A stretch of DNA of 64,000 bases from Lama guanicoe (lineage: Eukaryota), in assembly GCA_013239625.1 (NCBI GenBank), contig MU053319.1, positions 124,001 through 188,000 on the forward strand, in the 5' to 3' direction. Under the pieces are notes generated by a model. It did no database searches and was not told the DNA's origin. It worked only from the letters and a program-made list of their open reading frames with translations. A program made the position numbers and the translations under genes. Of the stretch, positions 50,613 through 62,498 are shown piece by piece. The stretch's first letter is position 1. Each line of letters begins with the position of its first letter.

Positions 50613-51579
50613 TCACAAGGAAACATTGTGAGGAAGGAAGAAATTGAGGGATTACGATTTAGTTGTGTGATTCCCTTAAAAATGACCACCCAAGGGCAAT
50701 TAAACTCTTCTATCTATAGGTCGCATATCAGAACATCAGAGACAAAAATACATTTCAAGTTACGTGAATGACTTCCTGGGAAACTTTCTCTGAGGTGCTG
50801 TGTAAAGACAGCCTGCGTTGTTTCTGCTTTTATAACTTGCTTTACTTTTCTGCTAATGCCAATATTGGTTTTAAAACCCAAAGCAGCAATCAGAAAGAAT
50901 AGCCTGTTTCTGAAACAAAATATGAATCTTAAAAAATCCCAAATGTGTAACAATAAGTTGTCTATCCTGCCTGTAGAGAAAGATTTCATTTGGATAAATA
51001 GTCATGAGAATGTAAGATTGCATTTTGGAAGGATTTATGACAGCAGTGTTTTACCCTGTGAATGGGTCGCTGAGTATCTAGAAATTACATTTTCATATAA
51101 ATTGCATTTTTCAAAAAAAAAAATCACATGATTTATCCCATTCAGACAAATCAGGAAACTGCTAGGATATTCTGTTCAATGTATGCATTAGGTTTATTCC
51201 CTCCGGCCACTTCCTTGTGCAGAATTTACTTAAACAGTTAATATTTTCCTAAGAATAAACTATATCTAAATATAATAAAACTCACACGATATACCATGAA
51301 CACTTCACTCTGCCCCTGAGGAAAACACTGGAAATGTTTTAATAGGGCAGACAATTTTTTAATCAACATTTATAACAATGTTTTAGTGGTGAATTTCAAA
51401 ATAATATTTTCTTGTAAAATTATCTGTCTCTGGAACCTATGTTAGTTTCATAGAATATTCAGTATATTTGCGTAATTGGCATAATACACTGTGGAAATTT
51501 TTCATTCTTTGGTTTCCGTTGTGATGAGAACTGAGAAAGATGATCAATGATCTGGATGGTCTCCTAATAGGAGTAGTTG

Positions 51580-51820
51580 CTGCAATTAGAGTTTATTAGG
51601 TGCCAAACATGCTGTGCTGAGTTCTTCATATATGAGTCATTTCACAACCCCCCCCAGTAACTGCATAAAGTAAATAACATCACCATCCCCATTGCAGAGA
51701 TGAGAAAACGTAACTTGGGGAAGTTACGTGCCATGACTGAGGTCTCCAGGCTCATCACTGATAAAGCCCGTGTCTGCGCCCTCTGTGGGACTTGAAAGGC
51801 TGTGCGTTGACCTACTACAT
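51580..51820. mobile_element. MIR
   Basis: CATCCCCATTGCAGAGATGAGAAAAC...GAAGTTACGTGCC. Confidence 0.7.
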
Positions 51821-53446
51821 TATGATATTATGGGTCTTAGTTTTTTTAAAAATGGGTTTTAGTTAGATGGATTTATCCTCAGGTTAGTTAACTGGACCCC
51901 AGAAACAACACCCTGGATGTCACTTGTCAGACTGTCTCCTTATTCGATAAGGTTAGAATTCCACCGCGAAGCACAGCGTTTGTGATGGGTCTGAGATAAA
52001 GTGGGTCTTTGATCAATGAGAATCTGTCATCAGAATATCCTTTCCCTTAAAGTTGTGGGTTTTTTTTTTACCTTTTCTTCTAGAACCTAAAACGCCCTCC
52101 CCCAGGCAAATAAAATCTTCAGGCTCTGGATCTGAGCTCTGAAAATGAAAAACGAGGGGGCACCAATGAAGGCATGTCCTCACTGCCCCTACGCCACCCT
52201 TCCTGGAGCAGGGACACCACCAGGACCGGCGCAGTGGCGCCCAGACCTCACTGAGCCCCACTCACTAAGCCAGCTGAGTTTCAGTTTCAAAGCTGAAAAG
52301 CCTCCACTGTATTTTAGCTTTGAATATTTTATGTACTTTTTGGGTAAAATGGAGAGAAATTTTCAGCAGAAATATGTACTTCTTATTTCTGTGGCTATTA
52401 ATTCAATTCCTGGGTGGGCACCAGGCACCTGCAGTGTAAAATATCTCTTGGTAATTCCTGGATTTCTTTTTCAAAAGCCTGATATATTTAGAATATCTTC
52501 ATTTTACTAGAATGTTTGAGCCTTAATGAAGCAGTTCAAATGACCTCTTCTTAAGCTCAGACAAAATATTCACACCATATTGTCAACTGACCTCGTTATC
52601 ATCTTTTTATCCTTCAAAGACTAATTTCCTGCCAATTTGGATTAAATTTCAATTGCATAATTACCAAGAACCTCAGGAATCTCTATACCCATGGCAGTCT
52701 TAAAAAAGACCTTTAATTTTGCTTAATCACTTTCTTGTCCACAAGGATTGAGATGTGGGATGTCTGCCCTGTATCCTTAGAACTTAGAGGATAAAAAAAA
52801 ATCAAAGAATACAAAAAAATAGGAAGAGCCATTTTGCATCTTTGTTTTGAATCTTTTAATCAGGCTCCCACATCCATTCTTGCTTCTCTACGAATTCATC
52901 TCTACCCCGTGGAGTATCCTTTTGAAAACATAAACCTCATCACTCCATGCTTCTGCTTAAGGTATTCAATAATTTCCTGTGATTTTCTGGCAAGATCAAA
53001 TCCTCAAAAGGCTTAAAAACAGAAAGGCTGATTCCTGCCCACCTCACCAGTATGACTGCACCAAGAGGACTTCTTGATTCAGCCCCATCGCTCTTACAGT
53101 CCCTTCAACCTGCCACACCCCCATCTCACCACAGGACATTTGCACATTAATAAAATATTCTTTTCTTTAGCCTTTTGCAGGATTTTTCTCACCTTCTCAG
53201 CATGGATCCTAACCAAACCTTCTTTTACGCTTAGCATAACATAAAATTAATTTAACTTTGCATGTGAAGTTTTCCTGTGGACTTAGTTTAACGATGAGGC
53301 CATGAGACTATTCACAGTTAGAATGGGGAGGCGGGGAGAGGGAAGTGGTTACTAATTTTGTCTTTTCTTTTTCTGGCAAAGGAATTGCCAGTTCCGAATG
53401 CCTTAGTGCACTTAAAAAGATCATTTATCGAATCTAGTTATTTTCA

Positions 53447-53918
53447 GTTGAGGACACAAATTCAGACAGAAGACCTGAGGATTTCAAGCCTGGGAGGGAA
53501 CCTCTCAAAATAGCTCAAAGGGACTGCTCCAAAAAGGTAGGGAGGAGCCTGGATAGATGGAAATTTTGCAACAAAGACCAGGTAGTCAGAACATCAAAAG
53601 ATTACTGTTAATTAAAGAAAACCAGACACTCAAGTGAATGAATTTAATGCTTTTCTATGTGTGGGAAGATGCAAAGGTCTGGGCTCATTGAAATCATCCC
53701 TTTGATGTGCACCTAGCTGTCTATGGCCAGTGTCCTGTTCTTTCCCATCTTGAGTTCCCTCAGGGGGCACCAGTAGAGGTGGCTGTAGAGGCCTGGCTGC
53801 CTGCTTGTCTGCATCCTGAGTTCTCTCTGCTCACTGTCAGGGGTGGCGGTGGTGGCTGATGACTTGATGGCCACAGCATTCTTTGCTTACTGATATGGCT
53901 GCAATATTTTTTCCTCAC
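53447..53918. mobile_element. ERV1-class solo LTR (MER41-like)
   Basis: ACATCAAAAGATTACTGTTAATTAAAGAAAACCAGACA...GGAAGATGCAAAGGTCTGGGCTCATTGAAATCA...GACTTGATGGCCACAGCATTCTTTGCTTACTGATATGGC. Confidence 0.75.
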
Positions 53919-54157
53919 GGTGGTGATGATTACAGTTACCACTTACCCAGTGCTTAAAATGCATCAGGGCCCAGTGGATTCAAAGCATCAAAGAGAAGCT
54001 TGCCCTTGAATATGACTTACTGGCAGTGGGGGTCTCCGTTGGCTGATGACCAGGGAACAGGGAAGGATGGAGGAGTTGTGGCCATGGGAGAGGCAAGGAA
54101 AGTGGAACCCCTGTAATGAGGGCTGATGGTAGAGACAAATAGCAAAAGACAACATGT

Positions 54158-54787
54158 CGTCTGTCGTGGACGTTGAGTTGCCTCCATGTCTTGGCTGTTG
54201 TCAACAGTGCTGCTGCGCACACTGGGGTGAGCGTCATCTTTCCAAACTAGAGTTCCTCTGGCTGTATGCCCAGGAGTGGGATGGCTGGATCGCATGGTAA
54301 GTCTATTTTTAGTTTTTTGAGGACTCTCCATACTGTTTTCCATAATGGCTGCACCAAACTGCATTCTCACCTAACTTGGATATCATCATTCTAAGTGAAA
54401 TAAACCAGAAAAGAGAAAGAAAAATACCACATGATTTCATTCCTATGTGGAATCTAGGAAAGAAAGAAAGAAAGAAGAAACTAACGAACTCGTTTACAAA
54501 ACAGAAACAGACTCGCAGACATAGTCAACAATCTTACGAGGGGAGAGGAGGAGGTAGGAAGGGATAAGTTTTGGAGTTTGAGATTTACAAAGGTTAACTA
54601 CTATATATAAAAATAGATAAAAACCAGATTTCTCCTGTATACCACAGGGAACTATATTCAATATCTTGTAATAACCTTTAATAAAAAGAATGTGGAAACA
54701 AATATATATATATACATGACTGGGACATGATGCTGTACACCAGAAATTGACACATTGTAACTGACTATACTTCAATTTAAAAAAAAT
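54158..54787 (+). mobile_element. L1 with 5' inversion (twin priming)
   Basis: About 54158-54372 antisense ORF2 end, about 54374-54787 sense 3' UTR with A tail. Confidence 0.9.
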
Positions 54788-55489
54788 ATAAGTTGAAAGT
54801 TGCCTACAAAAACAGAGGTGGAGAAAAATCCAAAAAAATTTTTCAGCCAAGCTCTATTATCCACATATAAGAGAAGCAGGGGGCAGGTAGATGGGGAGCA
54901 GGTAGCAGAGCTGTGGGACCTGACAGCCACCTCACCAGGAAAGCCCGAGGGAGGCTAGGACTTCGGGTGGGGCTGTGGAACTGTGACGCTGTGAGAGAAT
55001 TTATTAAAAAAAAATGCTACTCCAACTGGATTCAGAAGCCTATGTGCGTTTCAGAGGAAAAAGGTATGTGGATACTAACTCTCCACCCCACTGCCTCACG
55101 GTTCACCTGTGATTGCTTTGAACTATTCGACAAATAGGACTTCCTGACTTTTTTTTCAAACTCGAGATCTTTGAAGTCTCCCTTTGATTCTCCTAAGCGG
55201 CACCTCCTAAGTGAGGTGTTTGGAGAACTTTAAACTCTCAGCAAAATGCCCCAACCTATTTCAGAATTTTGAAAAAGAATTTGCATTACTATAATAAAGG
55301 GAATTTTAAAACCAACTGATGGGTTTTAGTTATTCATGGCTTTTAGGTATCATTCATCTGGGTAGATATACAGATATAGATATATATAGATGTAGACACA
55401 CACACGTGTTTAGTTTTAAATCCTCAAATTGCTGATTGACCCAGAAATTATGTCCCCTCCCTACTGAGGGCTGGGCTGAGAAACGGAGC

Positions 55490-55755
55490 CATAGTTTTCA
55501 ACAGAGGCAATTCTGCCCCCAAAGGGCGTCTGGGAAACTTCGTGGGGAGGGTGATTTCAGTTGACGTGATGACTGTGAGATGGTATAGGGTCACTAGGCA
55601 CCCAGCAGTGCTCAGGACAGCGCAACACCATGAAAAGTATTTTCACACCCTTTGAGATTTTCAAGTGTCCCACCAGACGTTCACGTAGGTACAAAACCTG
55701 TGTGTTTATGTTTATCTAATCCTAGAACCTCAGTCTGTTTTGTATAATATTAATA
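55490..55755. mobile_element. MER20B-like hAT DNA transposon
   Basis: GTTTTCAACAGAGGCAATTCTGCCCCCAAAGGGCGTCTGGGAAA...CAGGACAG...AATCCTAGAACCT. Confidence 0.7.
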
Positions 55756-55766
55756 GTACACAAGCC

Positions 55767-56150
55767 TACTACCCAGCCGTAAAAGAAAAAAAGAAAAGAA
55801 TACCATTGGCAGCAACATGGATGGACTTAGGGATCATCATTCTAAGTAAAGTAAGCCAGAAAGAAAAGGAAAAACACCAGATGATATCACTCATATGTGG
55901 AATCTAAAAAAAAAAAAAAAAGCCTACAAAACAGAAACAGAATCGCAGACATAGAGAACAAATTTATGGTTACCAAAGGGTAAAGGGAGTGGGAAGGGAC
56001 AAACTGGGAATTCAAAAATTGCATCTCTCGAGGAGTGATGGAAATGTGAGCTATCTTGATGGGTGGTGGTGGTTTCTATCAAAATTCATGAAATTGTACA
56101 TTTGAAATATGTGTAGTTTACTGTATAGGAACAATAAAGTTATTAAAAAA
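55767..56150 (+). mobile_element. L1 3' fragment with the same swapped 3' end as 3830-4556
   Basis: GCAGCAACATGGATGGAC...AAACTGGGAATTCAAAAATTGCA|TCTCTCGAGGAGTGATGGAAATG...AATAAAG. Confidence 0.88.
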
Positions 56151-56658
56151 TACACGTGTGTGTGTGTGTGTTGGGCAAGTTCTCTGAAAAAAAAATCAAT
56201 GTCTTTTATTTTCTTGGTCACATTGTTTTATTTTAACATCTGTGTCTAACACCTGTATCACTTGTGAGCTTGTTTCACTTGTCTATCTTTTTTTCTTTTG
56301 GTACCGTTAGCCAATATGCCTCACAATTTTTTATTGAATGTTGGACAGTAGGTTGAAAGTTTGTAGAGACTCTGAACATTGTTATTTTTCTACAGAGAGG
56401 ATTTATTCCAGTGTTTGGCTAGGATTTAAATTAGGTTTGAGTTAACTCAAAGATGGATTTCATACTTTGTCAGACCTAGTGTACTTCTGCTGGTTCTAGA
56501 CAACAGCCCTTCAAGGGTCCCAGATGAGAGTCTGACCCCTCCTCCTTGGTGGGCCCTGAAATCTAATTATCCAGAGGAGGAGGGGGCGCGGAGTGTGTTC
56601 CCTTCCCTCAAGGATCTCAGCATCTTCCATCCTGGATGCCTCGGTGGATCTGAGATGA

Positions 56659-56801
56659 TTTTTTTAAATGTTTTTAATTGAAGTACAGTCAGTTACAATG
56701 TGTCAATTTGCGGTGTACAGCACCATATTTCAGTCCTCCATATACATACATAAGAAGAAACTTTTATCTATTTTATATATAGCTGTCAGTATCTGCAAAT
56801 C
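56659..56801 (-). mobile_element. Short internally deleted L1 3' tip with TSD
   Basis: TSD TCTGAGATG at 56649 and 56802. Confidence 0.88.
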
Positions 56802-56879
56802 TCTGAGATGCTTTTGAACAGTTTTTTCCCCCTCATCTGTCTTTTGGAAGGAGGTTTCAACTGCTCAAAAGTAAAGTAA

Positions 56880-59167
56880 NNNNNNNNNNNNNNNNNNNNN
56901 NNNNNNNNNNNNNNNNNNNNNNNNNNNNNNNNNNNNNNNNNNNNNNNNNNNNNNNNNNNNNNNNNNNNNNNNNNNNNNNNNNNNNNNNNNNNNNNNNNNN
57001 NNNNNNNNNNNNNNNNNNNNNNNNNNNNNNNNNNNNNNNNNNNNNTACATCAGTCTGCCTACTGTTACATTCATGATGATTCTGCATGTACGTGTGCATG
57101 TATACTTGTGCTAATTTGAGATTGTGAAATAAAAAGGACATTTTTCTTCCTTGAAACCCAAAGCCATGCCATNNNNNNNNNNNNNNNNNNNNNNNNNNNN
57201 NNNNNNNNNNNNNNNNNNNNNNNNNNNNNNNNNNNNNNNNNNNNNNNNNNNNNNNNNNNNNNNNNNNNNNNNNNNNNNNNNNNNNNNNNNNNNNNNNNNN
57301 NNNNNNNNNNNNNNNNNNNNNNNNNNNNNNNNNNNNNNNNNNNNNNNNNNNNNNNNNNNNNNNNNNNNNNNNNNNNNNNNNNNNNNNNNNNNNNNNNNNN
57401 NNNNNNNNNNNNNNNNNNNNNNNNNNNNNNNNNNNNNNNNNNNNNNNNNNNNNNNNNNNNNNNNNNNNNNNNNNNNNNNNNNNNNNNNNNNNNNNNNNNN
57501 NNNNNNNNNNNNNNNNNNNNNNNNNNNNNNNNNNNNNNNNNNNNNNNNNNNNNNNNNNNNNNNNNNNNNNNNNNNNNNNNNNNNNNNNNNNNNNNNNNNN
57601 NNNNNNNNNAAAAAAAAAAAAAAAGCTAAGAGGATGGACGTCCATCCGAGCTGCCAGAAAGGACGTAGTCCAGCTTAGAGAAGAGGATGGGGCTGGAGGT
57701 CCCTGGACAGGGTAGGAGGGTTCGGCGAGGTCCACCTTAGCAGCCTGGAAAAAGAACAGCATTTGAACAACTGCCAAAGTGACGCCTTCAGTGCCAGATT
57801 CTAACAGCAACAATCAGGTTAAAACCTTGCCCTTCTCTTCAAGCTCCTCCTCCCGACGGTCCTAAGAAGCCAGAAGCAATGGCTAACAGGTAGGTGGCGA
57901 GGTAGGACAGAATCCGTGATGAAGCAAGGTGGTGCCTTTCCCCAGTTAACCCTTACCTCGGTGATGCCTGAGCTGGAGTTGGGGAATATCAGGGAAGAAT
58001 CAAGGAAGAAGCTTTAAACTGTCTACGGAATGAAATTTTTTATTTGGATTAACCAGGACTATTCCATACCTACAAAAGACTCTTCTGTATACCTAAAGAG
58101 CTAAGAAATTGGCCTGAGATCTCACTTAGGACCTTGAAAGGGAGACCTAACCACGTGGATCTGAAGACAATGGTGGGGACAATAAAGTTACTTCCCCATC
58201 AGCCAGAACTTGCCTATCTTGAAAAATGACAAACATTTAGCAGAGGCAAAGCTCTCTGTGTTATTCAATATGTTGGATGGGTCGATATGCTTGGGGGTCT
58301 AAAGGATCTTGACTATAAAAATAACTTTTAAAAACAATACGGGATAAACATCGTGTTCTCAGAACTAAAGCTTAAGCAGTTGGTTAAATATTTATCCTCT
58401 CTCCTTAAAAAAATCTGACGCTTCACAGTGTTCAGAAATTGCAAGAATAGCAAAATAGCATGCAAAGTATAACTACAAGAGAATCACATTTGTAAAAGCA
58501 AAGTGAGGAAGCAGTGATAAGCTGAATGCGGAACTATGCCAACCTCGCAAGGAACTGGAATTGACAACAACAATCCTTCCGTGATGAGACATAAACCTTC
58601 CCAATACACGCAGGATCACAGGTGCAGAAACAGCAAATCGTGTGATGAAATGACCTCACAACACCCGTCTTGCTGCAAACACGTTACAGAAATTCTTCTT
58701 GTCTCTGTCAAGCAGGAAGCAAGATAAGTGCAGATTTTGCTTGTATATTAGGTAATAAAACTTTCTAAGTTCAAATAGTGAAAGGCCAAGTGAAATACAA
58801 CTTTCATACCAAGTCAAGGATTTTAACTCACGCCTCCGACTGTTTCACTGAATGATGACTCAAAGTGGCACCCCTGTTGCCACGTTCGTTTTTTTTNNNN
58901 NNNNNNNNNNNNNNNNNNNNNNNNNNNNNNNNNNNNNNNNNNNNNNNNNNNNNNNNNNNNNNNNNNNNNNNNNNNNNNNNNNNNNNNNNNNNNNNNNNNN
59001 NNNNNNNNNNNNNNNNNNNNNNNNNNNNNNNNNNNNNNNNNNNNNNNNNNNNNNNNNNNNNNNNNNNNNNNNNNNNNNNNNNNNNNNNNNNNNNNNNNNN
59101 NNNNNNNNNNNNNNNNNNNNNNNNNNNNNNNNNNNNNNNNNNNNNNNNNNNNNNNNNNNNNNNNNNN
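56880..59167. other. Assembly gaps at 56880-57045, 57173-57609 and 58897-59167
   Basis: N runs. Confidence 1.
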
Positions 59168-59268
59168 TGTTTCTGTTGTAGGTGAGTTCATTAGTGTTTT
59201 TTTTTTTTTTTTTTCACATATGAGTGATATCATATGGTATTTTTCTTTCCCCTTCCAGCTTACTTCAC
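58889..59268 (-). mobile_element. Young L1 3' UTR spanning a gap
   Basis: poly-T before the gap; ...CACATATGAGTGATATCATATGG...CAGCTTACTTCAC after it. Confidence 0.8.
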
Positions 59269-59274
59269 CAGGTA

Positions 59275-59450
59275 CTTTATATAGTTCTAGGTACTTTAAT
59301 TTTCAGAGCAGTCTGACATTATCCCCACTTTACAGATGGGTAAACTGAGGCTGGGGGAAATTAAGTAATCTTCCTTAGAATAGATAGCCAGTACCTGAGG
59401 GATGGGCTCGTGACTTGAGGCAGCCTGGATTCAGACTCCGTGCTGTCAAC
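59275..59450. mobile_element. MIR
   Basis: ATTATCCCCACTTTACAGATGGGTAAACTGAGGCT. Confidence 0.8.
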
Positions 59451-60769
59451 AAGGGCAGATGCTGCCTCCCCGCTCTGGTCCAGCCCTTCCACCAGCTCTC
59501 TGCACCCAGGAGGCTGTGATGTTGCTAAGATGCAAAAAGTTAATTAGATTTCTTTTCTTCTCCCTCTTTACAGGAGGCTCCACAGAGTCCATCTCTTTAA
59601 ATGCTGCACATGGAAACAGAGCTCTCCTCAGGCTTGGGCCAGTGCAGACGGACAGTCATTCCCCATCACTTGCCCATCTGGTTTTTGTCTCACTTTCGAA
59701 TCATGCATGGCAAAGAGATTGAACAACGAAGGCTTCCAGGAATATAAGTGCAGGTCGTTTCCAGAAATCCTCTCCCCTTCAAATGATCAGTGATGTACCT
59801 TAGACAAATATTCTGAATATTTTTTCTCTTTCATCTTAACACAGCTGACTTCTAACGGTTCACTTCATCCCACACTTACATATATAAAGCAACAGCATGC
59901 TCTATATCATATTCACTTTTGATTTTACCCTTCTCTTTGCTACCAGTATTCAAAAGATCTTGACTTAAAAGCAATAGAGGGCATTTAATTAATTCCATAC
60001 CAATTTTGAAGTGAGCGCTATATATTTGAATTTTATTATTATTTCCCCCTTGTGGTTTGCATAGTAAAGGTGGGGATACATTATTTAAAATCCACTGAAA
60101 ACCAGCCTGACATGATTGACTCTGGATTATTCGGTTTTACATACTGTATATGTCAGACAGAGTCTTAAATCAACTCCAGAGCTGGCTATATAATTCCTTA
60201 ATGGGGAAACGCCCGATCTTCCAGGAGTAATTGCTCCTCTACCTTCCAAATCTCCAGGCTCCAACAGGAGACTGAGTGGAATGTTGGGAACAAGTAGCCC
60301 ACAGCAGGCTTGTCAGTAGCCGAGCGCTATTTCTAATTTTTTTTTCCTGTAATGCACAAGCTCACAGGACTCGTGTTGGTACGGCGATGCCTGATTAATA
60401 GCGCCCGTGGTTTGCTAGTCTAGTGTTCCTAACCTTCCTTTTCTTCTGAAAAGGTTTCCCCAGCCATCTTGCGCTATTTTCTTGGGTACCAAGGTGTGAG
60501 ACGTCACAAGGGTAGATTACATTTGAAAATGCTGTAAAATCCCTAAACCCATCAGTGATAGAATTATAAACACTCATAGGGCCCAGAGATCATCCTGATC
60601 TCCTGCTTCGGATGAATTCCCTAACTGCGGATCATCTGCAAAGTAGTAGACCCACAAAGCATAATAATGGGCAGTTTACAGCACTTTACCTTCACTAATG
60701 ATTTAATCCAATCACCTCCCAATGGAGAATATTTAATAACTTGCTGACCTTAATGCAAGAAAACAGTCC

Positions 60770-60920
60770 TGCCAAGCCCCGCCCACCTCCCCCAGTGTGT
60801 GCCACGCCCACCTCCCCCAGTGCCGGCCTGTGTTGTTTTTCTAGCAGCAGCCTTGGGGGAAGCTGATCCCGTTTCCCACCCCAGCCCCCTGTGAGCAATA
60901 AAGCATCATCATTGGTTGGT
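60770..60920. promoter_or_regulatory. Possible promoter/enhancer with duplicated GC/GT box
   Basis: CGCCCACCTCCCCCAGTG at 60780 and 60805 (SP/KLF-type CCCCGCCC and CCACGCCC); ATTGG at 60911. Confidence 0.35.
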
Positions 60921-61151
60921 GAGAGGGAGGACCACAGATGCAGGCAGGAAAGAAAGTAATGCTGCCTGATCTGATCCATGCATTAATCCACACACGAGAC
61001 ACTTGTGGATACTTTCCTGTAATAAGTAAAGCTAGAAAATTACCCTCAGACACTTAAAAAATCTGGTTAAGAGTCACGTGCCTGTGAATCGTACCTTCTC
61101 AAATTATCTAGCAGTAATTGCTAAGGGGAAATTATAAGGGATACAAACAGG

Positions 61152-61603
61152 TGTGGAGGGAGCCAACCCCTTGGCAGGCAACGGTGTCCACAGATGTTGG
61201 TTCACAATCTCGGGAGTTCTTCAGGTGAAATTCAGAACTGGTCCCCATACACAGAGGACAAGGACCTTAGAAAGAAGCAGACACTGCACTTTGGCAGGTG
61301 GCAGATCTAATAAGCAGAGAACTTGCATACGAGGCTGGTCTTGGGCACCTGCTAGAGAAGAATATCTCCATGCCTGCTCCCCAGAGTCTCAAGAGTTTAT
61401 AGAGGGGCCTTACCTGGGTTCAGTCACATCTTCAGTCCAGATAGCCCCAACAGCACATGATTGCTCAAGGCTGCGTCCTTGGGGGCCTCCTTGTGTGGGA
61501 ACAGTGGGCAAAAGGAATGTTCCAAGGACTGGAGAAGGGGCAAGGAGTCTCCAGTTGCCCACATCCACTCAGAGTCAACCTGTGTCACATCCTCTTGAGG
61601 ACA
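61152..61603 (-). mobile_element. Probable solo LTR (family uncertain)
   Basis: TG...CA ends, about 450 bp, LTR-like internal TTTATAG motif; no clear TSD. Confidence 0.5.
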
Positions 61604-61982
61604 GATGGCGATAAAACAGGCACATGCAGGATGAGAAGGGAAAAGGAAGAAGTCCACAATCACAGAGAGGATGCAGAAGCTACAAACTCGGGAAGCAGAG
61701 TGGACAAAGCTGTAAGCGTGCAGGAGATATACTGTAGATTCACTTGGGGAGGAAAATGACTTTAAGCTGTATATTTGTAAATCTAGCTTAAACCTGGGAA
61801 ACTCCTGCAGGTAGGAGGTCCATATCATTGAGACTTTGCTAGAAAAAGGAGACACTCTGAACAGTCAGGAAGCAAGCACCCCCAAGCCTATAACCCTGGA
61901 AGACTAGGACAAATGCCTGTCAGACACGTAGGCTAAACACAGAGGTAAAGAAACAAGTGTATTTAGAAGCAGTACTTGGGAC

Positions 61983-62498
61983 AGTTAATTTAATATGTCT
62001 ATTTGACTGGACGATGGGTGCCCAGATATTTGGTCAGACATAATTCTGAGTTTCTGTGAGTGTTTTCGGAGGAAGTTAACATTTAAGCCAGCAGACTGAG
62101 CACAGCAGATTGCCCTCCCTAACGTGGGTGGGCCTCGCTCAATCAGTTGAAGGCCTTCCTGCCTGGCTGCCTTGAGCGGGGACAGCACCCTTTTCCTGGC
62201 TGAAGCTTCCAACTGGAACATTCACTTTTCCTGGGTCTCGAGCCCACCGACCTTTGGACTGGAACCTGCACTACTGGTTCCCCTGTGGGGGCAGGTCTTC
62301 GACTCCCACCGGAACTAAACCATCTGCTCTCCTGGGTCTCCAGGTTGCTGATTCACCCTGCAGACCTTGGGGCTTTTCATTCTCTGTAATGATATGAGCC
62401 AATTCCTTATAATCAATCTCTTTATAAGAAGAGATTCAATTTAGAAAGAGACATAGATCCATCCCATTGGTTCTGTTTCTCTGGAGAACTTTGATACA
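61983..62498 (+). mobile_element. MLT2-type (ERVL) solo LTR
   Basis: GTTAATTTAATATGTCTATTTGACTGG...GCCCAGATATTTGGTCAGACA...AGCAGATTGCCCTCCCTAA...TTGGTTCTGTTTCTCTGGAGAAC. Confidence 0.9.

Noticed and set aside
57632..57647. Perfect 16-bp palindrome GGATGGACGTCCATCC
   Set aside because: About one such palindrome is expected by chance in 64 kb (4^-8 per position).
56857..59233. Long ORFs in the track (318, 175, 136 aa)
   Set aside because: Artefacts of reading through N gaps.
61153..61855. Overlapping 153-aa and 143-aa ORFs
   Set aside because: They lie largely over a probable LTR and show no domain similarity I can recognise.
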